Below, in pieces: positions 39,235-52,844 of a stretch of 64,000 nt of DNA; the first letter of the stretch is position 1; every line of letters begins with the position of its first letter. The notes under the pieces were generated by a model, which saw only the letters and a program-made list of their open reading frames with translations, was not told the origin of the DNA and made no database searches. This DNA comes from Octopus vulgaris. Its lineage: Eukaryota. Both the position numbers and the translations under genes were made by a program. The stretch lies in NCBI GenBank assembly GCA_951406725.2, contig OX597828.1, positions 6,386,001-6,450,000 on the forward strand, in the 5' to 3' direction.

Positions 39235-39312
<78 letters not shown>

Positions 39313-39335
39313 CACCACCACCACCACCACCACTG

Positions 39336-39379
<44 letters not shown>

Positions 39380-39380
39380 G

Positions 39381-39460
<80 letters not shown>

Positions 39461-39475
39461 TATGATAATAATAAT
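39228..39475. repeat. Compound (ACT)/(ACC)/(AAT) array
   Basis: Direct reading. Confidence 0.95.
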
Positions 39476-39935
39476 CTTTTTCTAATATAGGCACAGACCC
39501 TGAAGTTTTGGTGGAGGGGACTAGTCGATTTCATCAACTCCAGTGTTTCACAGGTACTTAATTTATCGACCCGAAAGGATGGAAGGCAAAGTCAAACTCG
39601 GCGGAATTTGAGCTCAGAACGTAGCGGCAGATGAAATACTTCTAAGCATTTCGCCAGGCGTGCTAGCGATTCTGCCAGCTCGCCGCCAAAATAATAACAA
39701 CAACAACAACAACAACAATAAATAATAATAGTAATTCTTTTTCCTACAGACACAAGACCTAAATTTTAGGGGAACGGCATGGTTGATCACATCGACCACA
39801 GTGTTTCGCTGGTACTTCGAAAGGATGGTAAGCAAAGTCGATCTAGGCGGGATTTTAACTCAGAACGTAGCTACGAACGCAATGGCACTAAGCATTCTGT
39901 CCGGCGTGTAAATGATTCTGCCAGCTTGCCGCCTT
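39476..39935 (-). mobile_element. Two tandem SINE family B copies within (AAT)/(AAC) arrays
   Basis: gattctgccagctcgccgcc at about 39687 and gattctgccagcttgccgcc at about 39933, each with body and tail. Confidence 0.8.
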
Positions 39936-39959
39936 AACAACAACAACAACAACAACAAC

Positions 39960-40039
<80 letters not shown>

Positions 40040-40364
40040 CATAGCCTCGAGTTGACTCAATCCTTGTGACTCAAATTAAATAGACGGAAATACTGTGGAT
40101 ACCATTTGCATGGACCGAAGCTCTAAAATATTGATTCTGTCTGAAATCTACTTCAAGTTTACCTGTTTTGGGAATATTTAATTAACAACTCATTTATTAA
40201 ACAAGCAGATATCTCAGTCGCTTGAATAATCGAATGTTCATAATCGAAACTGCCGGATAACATGTTATACAATCTGTATAAGCATTCGGCAACATTAATT
40301 TGGAGTCATGTTTGTCTCACAGAGACTCGATCCGAAGAATTACCTGGTGGAAGAGCCAAACTCT

Positions 40365-40740
40365 TTGACTCTTTTACTTGTTTCAGTCATTTGTTTTAGT
40401 CAAGCAAATCAACCCCAGGACTTATTCTTTGTAAGTCTAGTACTTATTCTCACGGGCTGTTTTGCCGAACCGCTAGGTAACGGGGACGTAAACACACCAG
40501 CATCGGTTGTCAAGTGATGTTGGGAGGGGGGGGGCAAACACAGACACACAATCATGTGCACACACATGCTTATATATACATATATACGACGGGCTTCTTT
40601 CAGTTTCCTCTACCAAATACACTCGCAAGGCTTTGGTCGGCCCGATGCTATAGTAGAAGACACTTGCCTAAGGTGACATGTAGTGGAACTGTACCCGGAA
40701 CCATGTGGCTGGGAAGCAAGCTACTTACCACACAGCCACC
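40365..40740 (-). mobile_element. SINE family A
   Basis: Reverse complement of consensus with a small tail deletion. Confidence 0.85.
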
Positions 40741-41038
40741 CGTAAAAGAAAATATATAATATATTGTTTCAAATTTTGGCACAATGCCAGCAGTATCGTG
40801 GGAGTGGTTTAGTCGAATTCATCGACATCATAACGTCGATTTCAGCGTAATTTGAACTCAGAACATAAAAGCGGACGAAGTGCCGCTAAGATTTTTGCCT
40901 GGGGAGTAAACGATTGTGCCACCTCACTGCCCTAATAATATAAAGAATATAATAAAAACTACTTTAGATTTATTTCCCGAAATGTTGAAATTCTTGTCGC
41001 GCAATTGTATAACGCTGTCGATTTAATCAATTGTGTTT

Positions 41039-41126
<88 letters not shown>

Positions 41127-42946
41127 GAATTTAGATTGTTAAATTGGTTCCACGACACATTTGCTTTACTATGTCACTTCTCCTTATTCAGTCCATTCGA
41201 GGACAGAATATATCCATAGACACGACTAGGTAATTAGCACCCTGTGAATTATTTAACGTGCTTTTAAAATTAACATGTGTTTATAGCATATTATCCCAAT
41301 TTTTATCACGAAATAAATACTGAGAATATGTAGAATAAGTACACATTAAATCCGATATTGGACAATGAAATGGTCATCGTAATACGCTGGGAACTGACTC
41401 TCCAGATGGACAAAATGATTGTATTGAACTATCCAGGTAGTAAAATTACCTTACACACTCTGTTAGCCATAATTCGTATGGAAGACAAGCAAGTAGCTAT
41501 TAAAATATTATTATGAGGCAGGATGGCGGATATGGATACAATATTCTATGCCTTATACTTTCAATTCAGTAATACGGCTCACACAGCCTGACATATATTG
41601 CACAATCATTTGTCAAAGTTATAAATGCACTGAACAATGACACTGCAAAAACGCAAGCAGCAACGAAACAAACGCAATAACAAGATATAACACGAATTTC
41701 ATCACACTCACTCTAAAATTATTATATTGAACACACCTGGTGGGTTAAGGATTGAAAAAAATCGTATGTAATTGCTCAAAATCTATAATGTTGTTGGAAG
41801 CCGGAGGGTAGTTTATTGAGTATATCATAATGGTGTGAGAAAAGGAGGAAGTTATACTCAAACCAAAGTGCCGCTCTGAATAAATCATTCAGCAACAATT
41901 CACTGGGAAATATCAATAAACTTGGTCATATGTCAATATAATCAGAGATGCTCTGAAACCAGGTTACCACCACCACCACGAACAGCAACAACAACAACAC
42001 CACCACCACCATTAATACAACAATAACAACAGTTATACAACAAAGTTCTTCAAAAAATCTAACAATATTAAACCATTATATATAACATCTTTTACAAATA
42101 GTGATTTCACATTGACTGACGCAACCACTTCCTAGTAGTAGTAGTAGTAGTTAGAAATCGGAAACAGCAAGATTCCTGCTTTTCAAAGAACATTTACTGC
42201 CTGGGTGAACTTGCATTAACTGACACTGGAAATTGTATGAAACTCGCCGGTAGTCGGCCATTTTTTCTGCTGCAGTTTCTGCTCAATATTAGCAACAGAA
42301 ATGCACCAATGACAACCTACAATAATGTTGCCATAATTACAACAATATCAGCAACAACAACAATTTGTACCAATCCAGTATTCATTTCAGTTAACATTTT
42401 ATATCAACCAACATCAACTCAACGACAAATAAATTGTCACAAAAAGCGTTTTTCGACATAATACTATGTACCTGAACATCAAAATAACATTGAGAACGTA
42501 GTTGATATGTATCACTGTATATTAATATCATCCTCGATGTTAACAATAGCGGCAATGCCATATATTACAACATCTGTATTTACAACCATGGACGGAGAAT
42601 CCATTACAAAGCCATGGAGTTGCCATGCACATAAAAAAAAGCATACATTTATTTTGGTGACTTTATGTCAGTGTATTTCATGACACATTGAGATAGTATC
42701 TATCAACGCTTTATGTAGTACCAGCACTTACACTCCACAATATCGGAGAACATTTTTCATAAATATAAATGTCCAGATTCTGTTATTGGTTGAACAGTGC
42801 ATAGCAATATGTAAGTTTATTACAGAAAATGTAGGGTTAAGTATTAACGTTCTCGATAGCACGCTCAGTTTAATTTGTTTGGCGTGTGCCTTCTGTAAGA
42901 GCGAATATATAATGGTAAATGTCATATATATGTAAGCATTTCTCTG

Positions 42947-43034
<88 letters not shown>

Positions 43035-43037
<3 letters not shown>

Positions 43038-43208
43038 CGAAGGAGTGGCTGTGTGGTAAGTAGCTTGCTAACCAACCACATAGTTCCGGGTTCAGTCCCA
43101 CTGCATGGCATGTTGGGCAAGTGTCTTCTACTATAGCCTCGGGCCGACCAAAGCCTTGTGAGTGGATTTGGTAGACGGAAACTGAAAGAAGACCGTCGTA
43201 TATATGTA

Positions 43209-43275
<67 letters not shown>

Positions 43276-43482
43276 AGTGTGTGTGTGTGTGTGTTTGTCC
43301 ACCTAGCATTGCTTGACAACCGATGCTGGTGTATTTACGTCGCCTTCACTTAGCGGTTCGGCAAAAGAGACCAATAGAATAAGTACTGGGCTTACAAAGA
43401 ATAAGTCCTGGGGTCGATTTGCTCGACTATAGGCGGTAATCCAGCATGGCCGCATTCAAATGACTGAAACAAGTAAAAGAGT
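43035..43482 (+). mobile_element. SINE family A, full length, near consensus
   Basis: Box A tggctgtgtggt, box B gttcagtcc, CORE-like segment, internal (TA)(TG), tail cagcatggccgcattcaaatgactgaaacaagtaaaagag. Confidence 0.92.
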
Positions 43483-43514
43483 ATATGTATGTATATAATA
43501 TATGTATATATACT

Positions 43515-43970
43515 GGTTTTAAATCTTGGTACAATCCAGCAATTTGGGGGAAGAAGTTCAATCGATTATATCATCCCCAGTGTTCAACTGGTACTTATTT
43601 TATCGACCCCGAAAGGATCAAAGGCAAATTCGACCTCGGTAGAATTTAAACTCAGAACATACAGACGGACTAAATGCTGCTAGCCATTTTGTTCGGCATC
43701 ATAACGATTCTGCCAGCTTGCCGGCTTAAAATATTGATTTTAAATTTGGTACAAAGCCAGTAATTCCATGAGATGGTTTAAGGCGATTTCCTGGACCCGA
43801 AAGAATGAAAGGCAAAGTAAACCTTATCGGAATTTCTACTCAGAAAATAAAGACGGACGAAACGTCGCTATTCATATTAACCGGCATGCTAGCAATTCTA
43901 CCAATTCGCTGCCTTAAGAATATAAATACGAACGAAAGGCTACTGAGCATTTTGTCCGGCGTGCTGCCGC
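43515..43970 (-). mobile_element. Two diverged SINE family B copies
   Basis: atcgaccccgaaagga..aaggcaaa.tcgacctcgg bodies in reverse orientation. Confidence 0.7.
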
Positions 43971-45959
43971 CTATATATATGAATGCATGTTAATGTTTGT
44001 TTTTATGTTTAGTTATAAGAAAAACAATTTTACGATTTGATACGATAATTCTTCAGCAAAAATATTTTTGACTGTGACTTCGTAGTTTCAGGCAGTTAGG
44101 CTATTGTTGAACTTCAATGCGTTGAAATTAACCTTGAGTTAAAATCTTCCTTGGGTATGTGGATTCGAGTGGGATGATAATTAGGTTGTAGGGTCGGTTG
44201 TGATAGAGAGGTGTTTTGGAGAAGTTTTTGTTGATAAAATTTGGTTTTTGTGTTATTGTTTAGATTTTATTCATGAAATTTGTAAGGGGTTGTTTTTCAG
44301 TGGTTTAGAAAAAGAACGTAAATAGTATGTGCCTGTTGTTTTAAGTGTTTTTGGTGTAATATGATTTAATATTTTGCTTTAATATAAACATCAACAGTTC
44401 TATATTTTAGTCCAGTATTTAACGACCTAGTATTTGGGAGTGTCAAATTTTTCTAATGGAAGTTTTAAGGGTTCGTAAATGAATACAAGTGGTATGTTTT
44501 GGTCAGACTTTAATTATCATTTGTTGTAGCTATTTACGGTTTTTCCCGTTTGTGTTTAGAAGGTGGGGATTATTCTGGCATGTCATGGTATTGTTAGTAT
44601 AGAAATGTGTTTATCATGTGCTTTGAAGTGCACAAGATGATGTGGGTAGGTGTATAGGTTCCACTTGGTATGTTCCTCTTTAGAGGTTCACTGTTCCATA
44701 AGGGATTCGATTAATATGTAGAAATTTTAACCTTTATCTGTTATGGAGGCAGAAATTGCGCGCCATATGTTTATGAATATTTATTTCTTCAATTCTTTTT
44801 TAAACCTCGGTATTTTATGATTTGAAAATGTCGCATTTATATTAAGTGTGTATATACTGATGTGTAAAAATACTGATAAAAATTGACTCAGAAGTTTTTT
44901 TAAAAAAGGAGACTTATAAAAGAGTCATCAACTAGTTAACATAGAAATATATATTTATGTGTCTACATATAGGTTTGTGGGCTTAGGTTAGAAAATCTTT
45001 TGTGTGCAGTTTGCTTGGAGAGAGAGAACCTTTTTAATAATTTCCCCAGGACTTGTTTAGTAGTGTGAAACCGTGAAAATGTGGCTTTTAATGTAAACTC
45101 TGAAACCATACTAGAAACAAAAGATGTTTAAATGAGAATAAGAGATTTTGTGTCTGTGAATGGCTAACTCGTGTCTTCTCTGCTGTCATCGTATATATAT
45201 CCCAGGCACGTCTGGGTAATTGAGATGTTCTATTCGCTACAGCGTGGTTCCAGTTTCGATACCAATGTGGTGCACTTCAAGTGTCTTCCACTACGTTGCG
45301 ACTCGAATTCCATAGTCAGGCATCGTGCACATTCAGTTAATTGCACAAGCAGTGGGGAGGCGTGTCCGTTTTCTCCGACTGTTAGTGGGGAAAACGATGA
45401 CATTGACCAATATTTTCTGCGTTAGTGAAACTATATGCGCCCTGCGCTGATCGTAATACAAAGTAGCAAATATAAGAAAATTCTGTAAACGCCATATCAC
45501 TTTTGTGTTGTGAGATAAGGTCTTACGCAATTTACCCCACAAACCTGATGATGTTTAACTGCTGTTTATTTTTCCATTAACATCATCAAATCGTATGTAA
45601 AGTATCCTCTTTATCACATATATTGCAAGCTCAATATATTTATGCATATCTTCCTATAAAATTAGTGCACCGGTATGGTCTGAGTTCGAATCCAGCTGAC
45701 GTTGATTTTTGTTCTTATTATTCGATGGACCATATTCTCAAGAGCTACACTCTATCTATAGAATCATGTTACATTCTAGAGTTGTATTAATCTTAATATA
45801 AATCGTAAAGTCCCATGTGTGCTTTCCGATTTGAAACCCCAAATTTCTTCTCGTGCAAGAGCTTGTAAAGGAACATATACAGGCACGTGATACAATCCCT
45901 GTTTCGTGTAACTATTTTAGGACACCAGCCATTATTCTGTAAGGGTATTTAAAGACTCA

Positions 45960-46440
45960 AAGCTTTTTATTACCGCCTTACAAACACTGTATATTTCTGG
46001 ACAATCCATCCTTTTCGAGTAAGGGAAAGAGAGGATATAGACAATTTCGGTATCCCCGTATCCCTTCTCTCTTCCCACTTCTTTTCCTTTATCTCGGGTT
46101 AAAATTCGTGAGACAGCAAACATTTAGAATTGTGTACACCGATTTCACCTGCGTGGCGTCCACCAGAGTGATGGTGACAGGTCGTCTGCATAAACCGAGT
46201 CCCAATTTGAAAAGGATGCTCCTCACCCGTTCCAGTCTCCTATGCTCGAGGGCCAGAAGAAGTGAAAGAGGATGCCATAACTGACCTAATGTATATTGCA
46301 CAACGTTTCCGTGAGGTGACCGTTTACTTTGATCACCAGACAAACGCTACTGAGCATTGCAGCGATACAGGCAACGCGAAACTAGTTCGAACCTGGCCGT
46401 ATTCAGGACGGCTTCCAAGTAAACTCTTCTGCTCGTTCAA
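45960..46440 (-). mobile_element. Tx1/L1-like LINE RT remnant
   Basis: Across frameshifts: YLEAVLNTARF..IAAM..VIKVNGHLTE, GQLWHPLSLLLALEHRRLE (RQGCPLSPLL..LALEP-like), SVYADD. Confidence 0.7.
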
Positions 46441-46460
46441 ATTGATTATGTCCAATAGCG

Positions 46461-46895
46461 GGACCTTTTCGGTTTGAATGGCAGTTTTTTCTAGCGGTGT
46501 CATATGAAATTGTCACCCATAATTATGACCTTAGTATTGATCTATTGCATTTCAATCTGTTTTATGTTTAGGGATAGAGCTAGGGTTAGTTAGGGTGGGG
46601 GGGAAGGGTATCTTTTTTCTTCAGAAATGTAACTAAACCCAATCTGTTTCTTAAACGAGGGGCATATTCATACGGCACAGAATGCTTCCACCTCAATAGA
46701 CGTCATTGATTGGTTGAAATTGCAGAAATTGAAGAAGAAAAAACAACAAATATCTTTACAAACTATAGAATTTTCTCAATAAAGCCAAGAGAAAAAAGAT
46801 GTTTTATAAACACATTCTACCAGTATACGAAGTTTAAAAGAGTTTAGTTACGTGGAAATTATTAAAAAAAACTGCCGTTCAAACCGAAAAGATCC
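46461..46895. mobile_element. 435-bp MITE with about 29-bp TIRs and 8-bp TSD (Merlin-like)
   Basis: TIRs ggaccttttcggtttgaatggcagttttt / aaaaactgccgttcaaaccgaaaagatcc; TSD caatagcg at 46453-46460 and 46896-46903. Confidence 0.9.
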
Positions 46896-48370
46896 CAATA
46901 GCGTAACGTTACACTAAAACGTAGTGTAACATTGCTGTGTAGCTTCGTTAGATGACGTTATTGTGTAGTATAGCGTCGTTCTGAGACATTATATTTCAAT
47001 GTTGTAAGTTCTAGTGAATACGTTACACTGTGCTGTTGTAGCCTAGCGATTAATGAAGTTCAACTAATTTCACCCTTCAAATGCTGTAATATCTAATGTC
47101 CAAATATTTTCGATACATCTTAATAGTCGCAGCAGTATTCCATCTGATACTGCCTGTAGGAAAGCTGATTTAGAAGTCTGATGTAGTTATCGTCGTTTAT
47201 GGAAGGCAGTGGATGGAAGAATCAATAGAGCAGCGAATAAAATGCTGTGCGGAGTATAGTTACGCTGAGCAGAAGTCGATAAAGTAACCACCAGTTAAGT
47301 ACTAGGGTGGAGACATTCTACTATCTCCGGCCGCCAGTTTGTTAGCATTATGTCTACATTGTATATATTTATTATCGTTGTTTCTTTTATTGTCCTCCAT
47401 ATTACCGCTCGTTCTACTGCTGTTATGCGTGTTATTTTCTTCATAATTCATCTGGTGCTGATGTTGTCTTGTAAATTATGTTGGACAACATTTGCGTTTG
47501 TGTGCATGTGTGTGATTTATGTTCACGTCTACGTGTGGTAGAAAAAGCGATAGACTGAAAGAGAGAGAGGTGGTGTTGAAAGAATATATTCTCTTCTTTA
47601 TTGGAGATCGCTCTTTTCAATTCATTCTCCATTAGTACTGCACACGCCATTAACAACTCTAAGAACGTGGGTGACCTGCTAGAAATATAAGCTAAATCTA
47701 CTGCAAATCGTATCCTGCTGTCTCAAAACTTGAAAGACACTTTAGATAATCTAACCCTCCATACATTACTTGAGAATAAAACACAGTATGTTCATGAGAA
47801 GAAATAATTTTATCATATTCATCTCGATTCGGTATGACAGTGTGTGAAACAACATAAACCACTATATCAACAAATCCTTTTTGTGTAGCTATAGTGCAAT
47901 TATCGTCACGTGTTCGTTGTAGTACAAACATACAACATAATTTTTTGCGCACAAATAGATGTTTAGATATGCATAAATACATACATATGTATGCATTCCT
48001 CAGGCTTTGTGCACATGTGAATACTATGCTTACAGCTCAATCAAATATTAATACTTGGCAGTTGTTACCAATTCTATTTAAGAATTTGTTTACCATTTTA
48101 TAAAATGCATTCATTAACCCCTCTAAAATGTTAAAATAGTTGTAATATGGCTGTTTCAATGGAAATCCCATACGTATGTAGATATATAAACAGGCACACA
48201 AAAGCATTTTATATCCATGACAGGCTTGTTCACTCTATCCTACCAAAATTCCCTCACAAGTCACTTGTGAAACTGAAGCCAGAATATGAGGCAATCAACT
48301 CAATGTGCCGTGCAATGGGATCGAGCAAGGAAACACATAGTTGAAAGGCAATTCATATATATATATATCT

Positions 48371-48560
48371 GACGCCATGATAGATTGTTAGCCACAACAC
48401 ATTTTTTTCTCTCCTTGTTTTCTGTGTCCCTTTCTGTAGAAAGGCGTAGGCTCGAAACGTAAAAGACTTTTTCTATTCCTGAGCGTAATACTAATACATC
48501 TGTTTGTTTTGTACACCACCTGTCTTCGTCTTTTGTTGTTTTTTTTCGTGAACTCTCCCT
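48371..48560 (+). mobile_element. Short pLTR-like repeat with variant hammerhead motif (48426-48467)
   Basis: cttt-CTGTAGA-aaggc(gtag)gctc-GAAA-cgta-aaag; same layout as the 30.9/63.8-kb repeat; (TA)n on both sides. Confidence 0.55.
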
Positions 48561-49105
48561 ATATATATATATATACACACATATATATATACATATACAC
48601 ACATAAATATATATATACATATACATGTATAAATATTTATTCACACACACATACACACACAGATATATATATATATATATATATATGTTACGATAACATT
48701 TTGCATATACGTACTTCGGACCTGAAATGGTTTCACGTCATACATTTTATAGACTACTTCTTGTACTTAATTTTTTTCCAGGAGCGATTTCACTATATGG
48801 CACCTTGCCCTACCTTCTTCAAGTGTTTACAAACAATTATCGTACAACTTTTGAAATCTGAACCATTACTTTTAAAAGAAGATATAAACGTCTACGCTAT
48901 AAATTTTTATAACAATTGTCTATCAAACTCGGAGTATTTAAGCATATTATATCATGAGTATCTCGGACTTTCAACTTGTAATGTATATATTGTATCCTTA
49001 GGCTAGCTGAATTTCCAGTCTTTCCTTGCCTACGTTGGAATTTATTCTCAAGTGTTATTAGATTTCCCCCCTATGTCTGTGTTCTGCGTGTGTGTATATG
49101 TGTTT

Positions 49106-49152
<47 letters not shown>

Positions 49153-49939
49153 TAACCTAACACACACACACACACTTTCTCTCTCTCTCTCTCTTTCGTA
49201 TTTCTGACTTCCAAGTTACTTCTCTGATTATAAACTTTATTTGTGTTCTAGGTTTTTATGCAGTTGTTTTCATTCTTTTTTTGTTGTTGTTTTTCTTTTA
49301 TTTTTCCTATTCTCTTTCTTCTACAAATGTACAAATGAAATTATTTGATTTGTCTGATATTTGGTTAGGTTCTCCTCTGCTGAGAAATTTGCGAAATGCC
49401 GTGTAAACTCCGGAACCAGAGTTTTCATTTTCTATTGTCTATGCATCTTTTCCATCTCCTCATTGAAATACCTGTAGCAAGTCAAGCGCAGTGTAGATTT
49501 TTGCTTTGTCATTTATTTTACGTTTATCAATATCCATTTATCAATGGAAATTTTCCCCTCAGAAATGTGTTCTTTAGGTGGCAGGGTCTGTATTTATTTA
49601 TTTATTCATTTATTTATTCATTCGCACGTCACTTCATTTAGGGAGATATTTATTCGCCACGCTGTTTTCAGCTTAGCATTGTGAGGGTGATGACATCTAA
49701 ATATTTAGTGAAGCACAATCAGAGTTCGCCTTTTATATTCCGAGATATTTTTTTTTACATAACTTTGCCTTCGTGCTGATTGTGCGTCATAGAAGGGTAT
49801 ACGTATGTGTGTATATATTTATTTCCCTTTCCCACTATCAACCAATCAACCTGTCGATCTATCTACCCATCTTTCTCCCCCCACCTTCTCCCTATCTCTC
49901 TATCTATCTAGCTATCTCCACATTCACACAAGAGTACTC

Positions 49940-50104
49940 AGAGGAAGAAGAGCAACTCTCGTGAAATTTTGTATTGGTTCTGATGCGGGTGACGGAAATT
50001 AATCGCATGCCCAATACATAGCCCGAAACATTGCGGCAGAATGATTTCCACCAGAGGCACTGACAAGCTAAATAGTGAAGTTAACTTGAAGACCATTCTT
50101 CGTA
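49940..50104 (+). mobile_element. Possible mariner 3' remnant
   Basis: YSPDLAP-like trace (catagcccg), F..RG.DKL-like trace and TIR-like end ..ttcttcgTA. Confidence 0.3.
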
Positions 50105-50361
50105 AAAGTCCGCTGCTTACTGCGTATTTTTTTTTACTTCGTACGAGCCAATATATTGAAGATACGTATCTTCTTGATGCAGCCAGCGTTTTCCAAACTA
50201 TAAGATCTTTCTTTTCTCTCCATATCTGTTGTCAAGCTTCATTATTCTTTTGAAAATTACGGATAAAATTTCAGCAGTGTAAAACCAATAAAATTCTTTA
50301 TGTTTTGGGAGAGTTTGACCTTTATGTTTTCCGATTTCAAACACAGACTACACATATATGG

Positions 50362-50495
50362 GCAGGCGTGTCTGTCAGGTAAGAAGTTCAGACCCACGGC
50401 ATGGCCCCCTTGGGTAGGTCCCTTCTTCTATAGCCCCGGACCCACCAAATCCTTGTGAATGGATTTGGTAAACGAAAACTGAAAGAAGCCCGTCG

Positions 50496-50534
<39 letters not shown>

Positions 50535-51040
50535 CGCATCTGTGTTTGTCCCCATCTACCTTTGAGAACCAGTGCTGATGTGTTTATTTCCCCGTAAACT
50601 ATCGGTTTGCCAAAAAAACGAACTGATAGAATAAGTACCTGGCTTCAAAAAGACAAAAAAATATAACAAGACGCAGGAGTGGCTGTGAGATAAATAGCTT
50701 GCTTACTAACCACGTGGTTTCGGGTTCAGTTCTGCTGCGTGGCACCTTGGGTAAGTGTCTTCTACTATAGCTTCGGGCCGACCAAATCCTTGTAAGTGGA
50801 TTTGGTAGACGGAAACTGAAATGAACCCGTCGTATATGTATATATATTTGTGTGTTTGTGTTTGTCCCCCACCATCGCTTGTCAACCGATGTTAATCTGT
50901 TTACGTCCCCGTAACTTAGCGGTGCGGCAAAAGAGACCAATAGAATAAGTAATAGGCTTACAAAAGAATAAGTACTGGGGTCGAGTCATTCGACTAAAAA
51001 TTCTTCATGCTGTGCCCCAACATGGTCACAGAATAACGAT
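50362..51040 (+). mobile_element. Two consecutive SINE family A copies (50362-50655, 50670-51040)
   Basis: Two heads and two ggaaactgaa..gaa.cccgtcgtata bodies. Confidence 0.85.
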
Positions 51041-51599
51041 GGTAATATGTACAGGAGTACAGGGTAAAAGATATAACAGAATAACGAAAATTTGGGGGTG
51101 TACTTGTAAATAAAATACATAAAAATTTTGGTAACATGAATATGATGGACAGAAAAGGGGATGACTATGTAGTAGATCCCAATTAAAGCTTAATCTGTCG
51201 TTATTCTGAGTTCTAAGTCACTTCATTCCCCAGTAGATCTATCATAACAGAGATCCCATCTCTGCTCATTAATGCCTAACTTATTTCTAGAAAATGAGTC
51301 ATCCCGTGCAATACATCGTATAATGAGATGATTGATTATAATTTAGCTGTTATCGAGACAAATTTGAACGACTGAATGCCTTCTTTAAAACTTGTGCTAA
51401 TATATATGATTCGGCTTTTAGCTGCTCTTTTTAAGGCTGTTAGCGGGTCATTTAACCCGTTTTACTTTTTAATTTTCACCCATTTCCAACTTTTTGGTTT
51501 CATTTTTTTTTTTACTTCCAAAGGAAAAAACGACATCTGGACTTCCAGGATTTGAATGTTTCTGTGTTAGAAGATGAAACAAAAGAAACAAAAAGTTTT

Positions 51600-52350
51600 A
51601 CTCTATCTTTCAATCATTAGATTGTGCTCATTCTGGGGCGCCACCTTGAATAATATTAGTCGAACGGATCGACCCAAGTATTTATTATTATTTTTTAAGC
51701 CTTTTTCTTTTGCCGAACTGCTTAGTAACGAGGACGTAAAAACACAATTACTGGTTGTCAACAGGAAAGGCGGTGAGCTGGTACAAGCGTTAGGACGCCG
51801 GCCGAAATGCTTAGCAGTATTTCGTTTGCCGCTACGTTCTGAGTTCAAATTACACCGAGGTCGACTTTGCCTTTTATCCTTTCGGGGTCGATTAAATAAG
51901 TACCATTTACGCACTGGGGCCAATATAATCGACTTAATCCGTTTGTCTGTCCTTGTTTGTTCTCTCTGTGTTTAGCCCCTTGTGGGTAGTAAAGAAGTAG
52001 GTATTTCGTTTGCTGCTACGTTCTGAGTTCAAAATTCGCCAAGTTTGACTCTGCCTTTAATCCTTTTCCGGGTCGATTAAATAAGCACCAGTTACGTACT
52101 GGGGTCGATGTAATCGACTTAATCCCTTTGTATGTCCTGTCTATGTTAATCCCCCTGTGGGTAATAAAGAAATAAATGCACACACACAAATATAAAAATA
52201 TGTCAGATTTCTCTCAATTTTCATCTGCCAATTCCACTCACAAGATTTCGGTCTACTCGAGTCTAATGAAGAAGTCATTGACCCAAGGTGTCAAGCAGTG
52301 AGACAGAACTTAGAACCATGTGGTTGGGAGCAGTCTTCTTACTACGCAGT
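51600..52350. mobile_element. Nested SINEs: old minus-strand SINE A split by a plus-strand dimeric SINE B (51768-52175)
   Basis: SINE A tail half at 51600-51765 and head half at 52177-52350 flank an intact family B dimer. Confidence 0.75.
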
Positions 52351-52844
52351 CACTCTAACTTCACTTGTTCACTTTTGAAATTAGAATGTGATTCAAGACG
52401 GAGGATTTACAGCCACAATACTTTTATTTAATAAAAATATATTTTATTTTCATTCTAACAGCATAAATATATTTGTCTACATTTGGAAACACTACTCATT
52501 TCTTTTTCTGAAAAGTTCAGATACTGCTGTTTCAATTTCAATTATTAAGAACGAAAATATCATTAAAATACAAAATATAATTAGAATCTTCAAAAGTAAA
52601 CACATTATATTCATAGATAAAAAAAAAAAGAAACACTAAATCTGTAAACATTTTAACCGTCTCGTTTATTTATTTACTTATCTATTTTTCATAGGCACAG
52701 GCGTGGCTGTGTGGTAAAAAGTTTGCTTCCCAACCACAGGGTTCCAGGTTCAGCCCTTTGTGTGGCACCTTGAGCAAGGGTCTTCTACTATAGTCGCGGG
52801 CCAAAAAATGCCTTGAAACTGGAAGCCCGTCGTATATACATATA

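Noticed and set aside
44090-44900. Strongly G/T-skewed stretch with faint L1-like C-terminal traces on the minus strand (NIWRAI, LKRNIP)
   Set aside because: Too decayed to support a feature call
49978-50042. CTGATGC-gggt..gccc-GAAA
   Set aside because: A9 substituted, no cleavage triplet; the region is better explained as a mariner remnant
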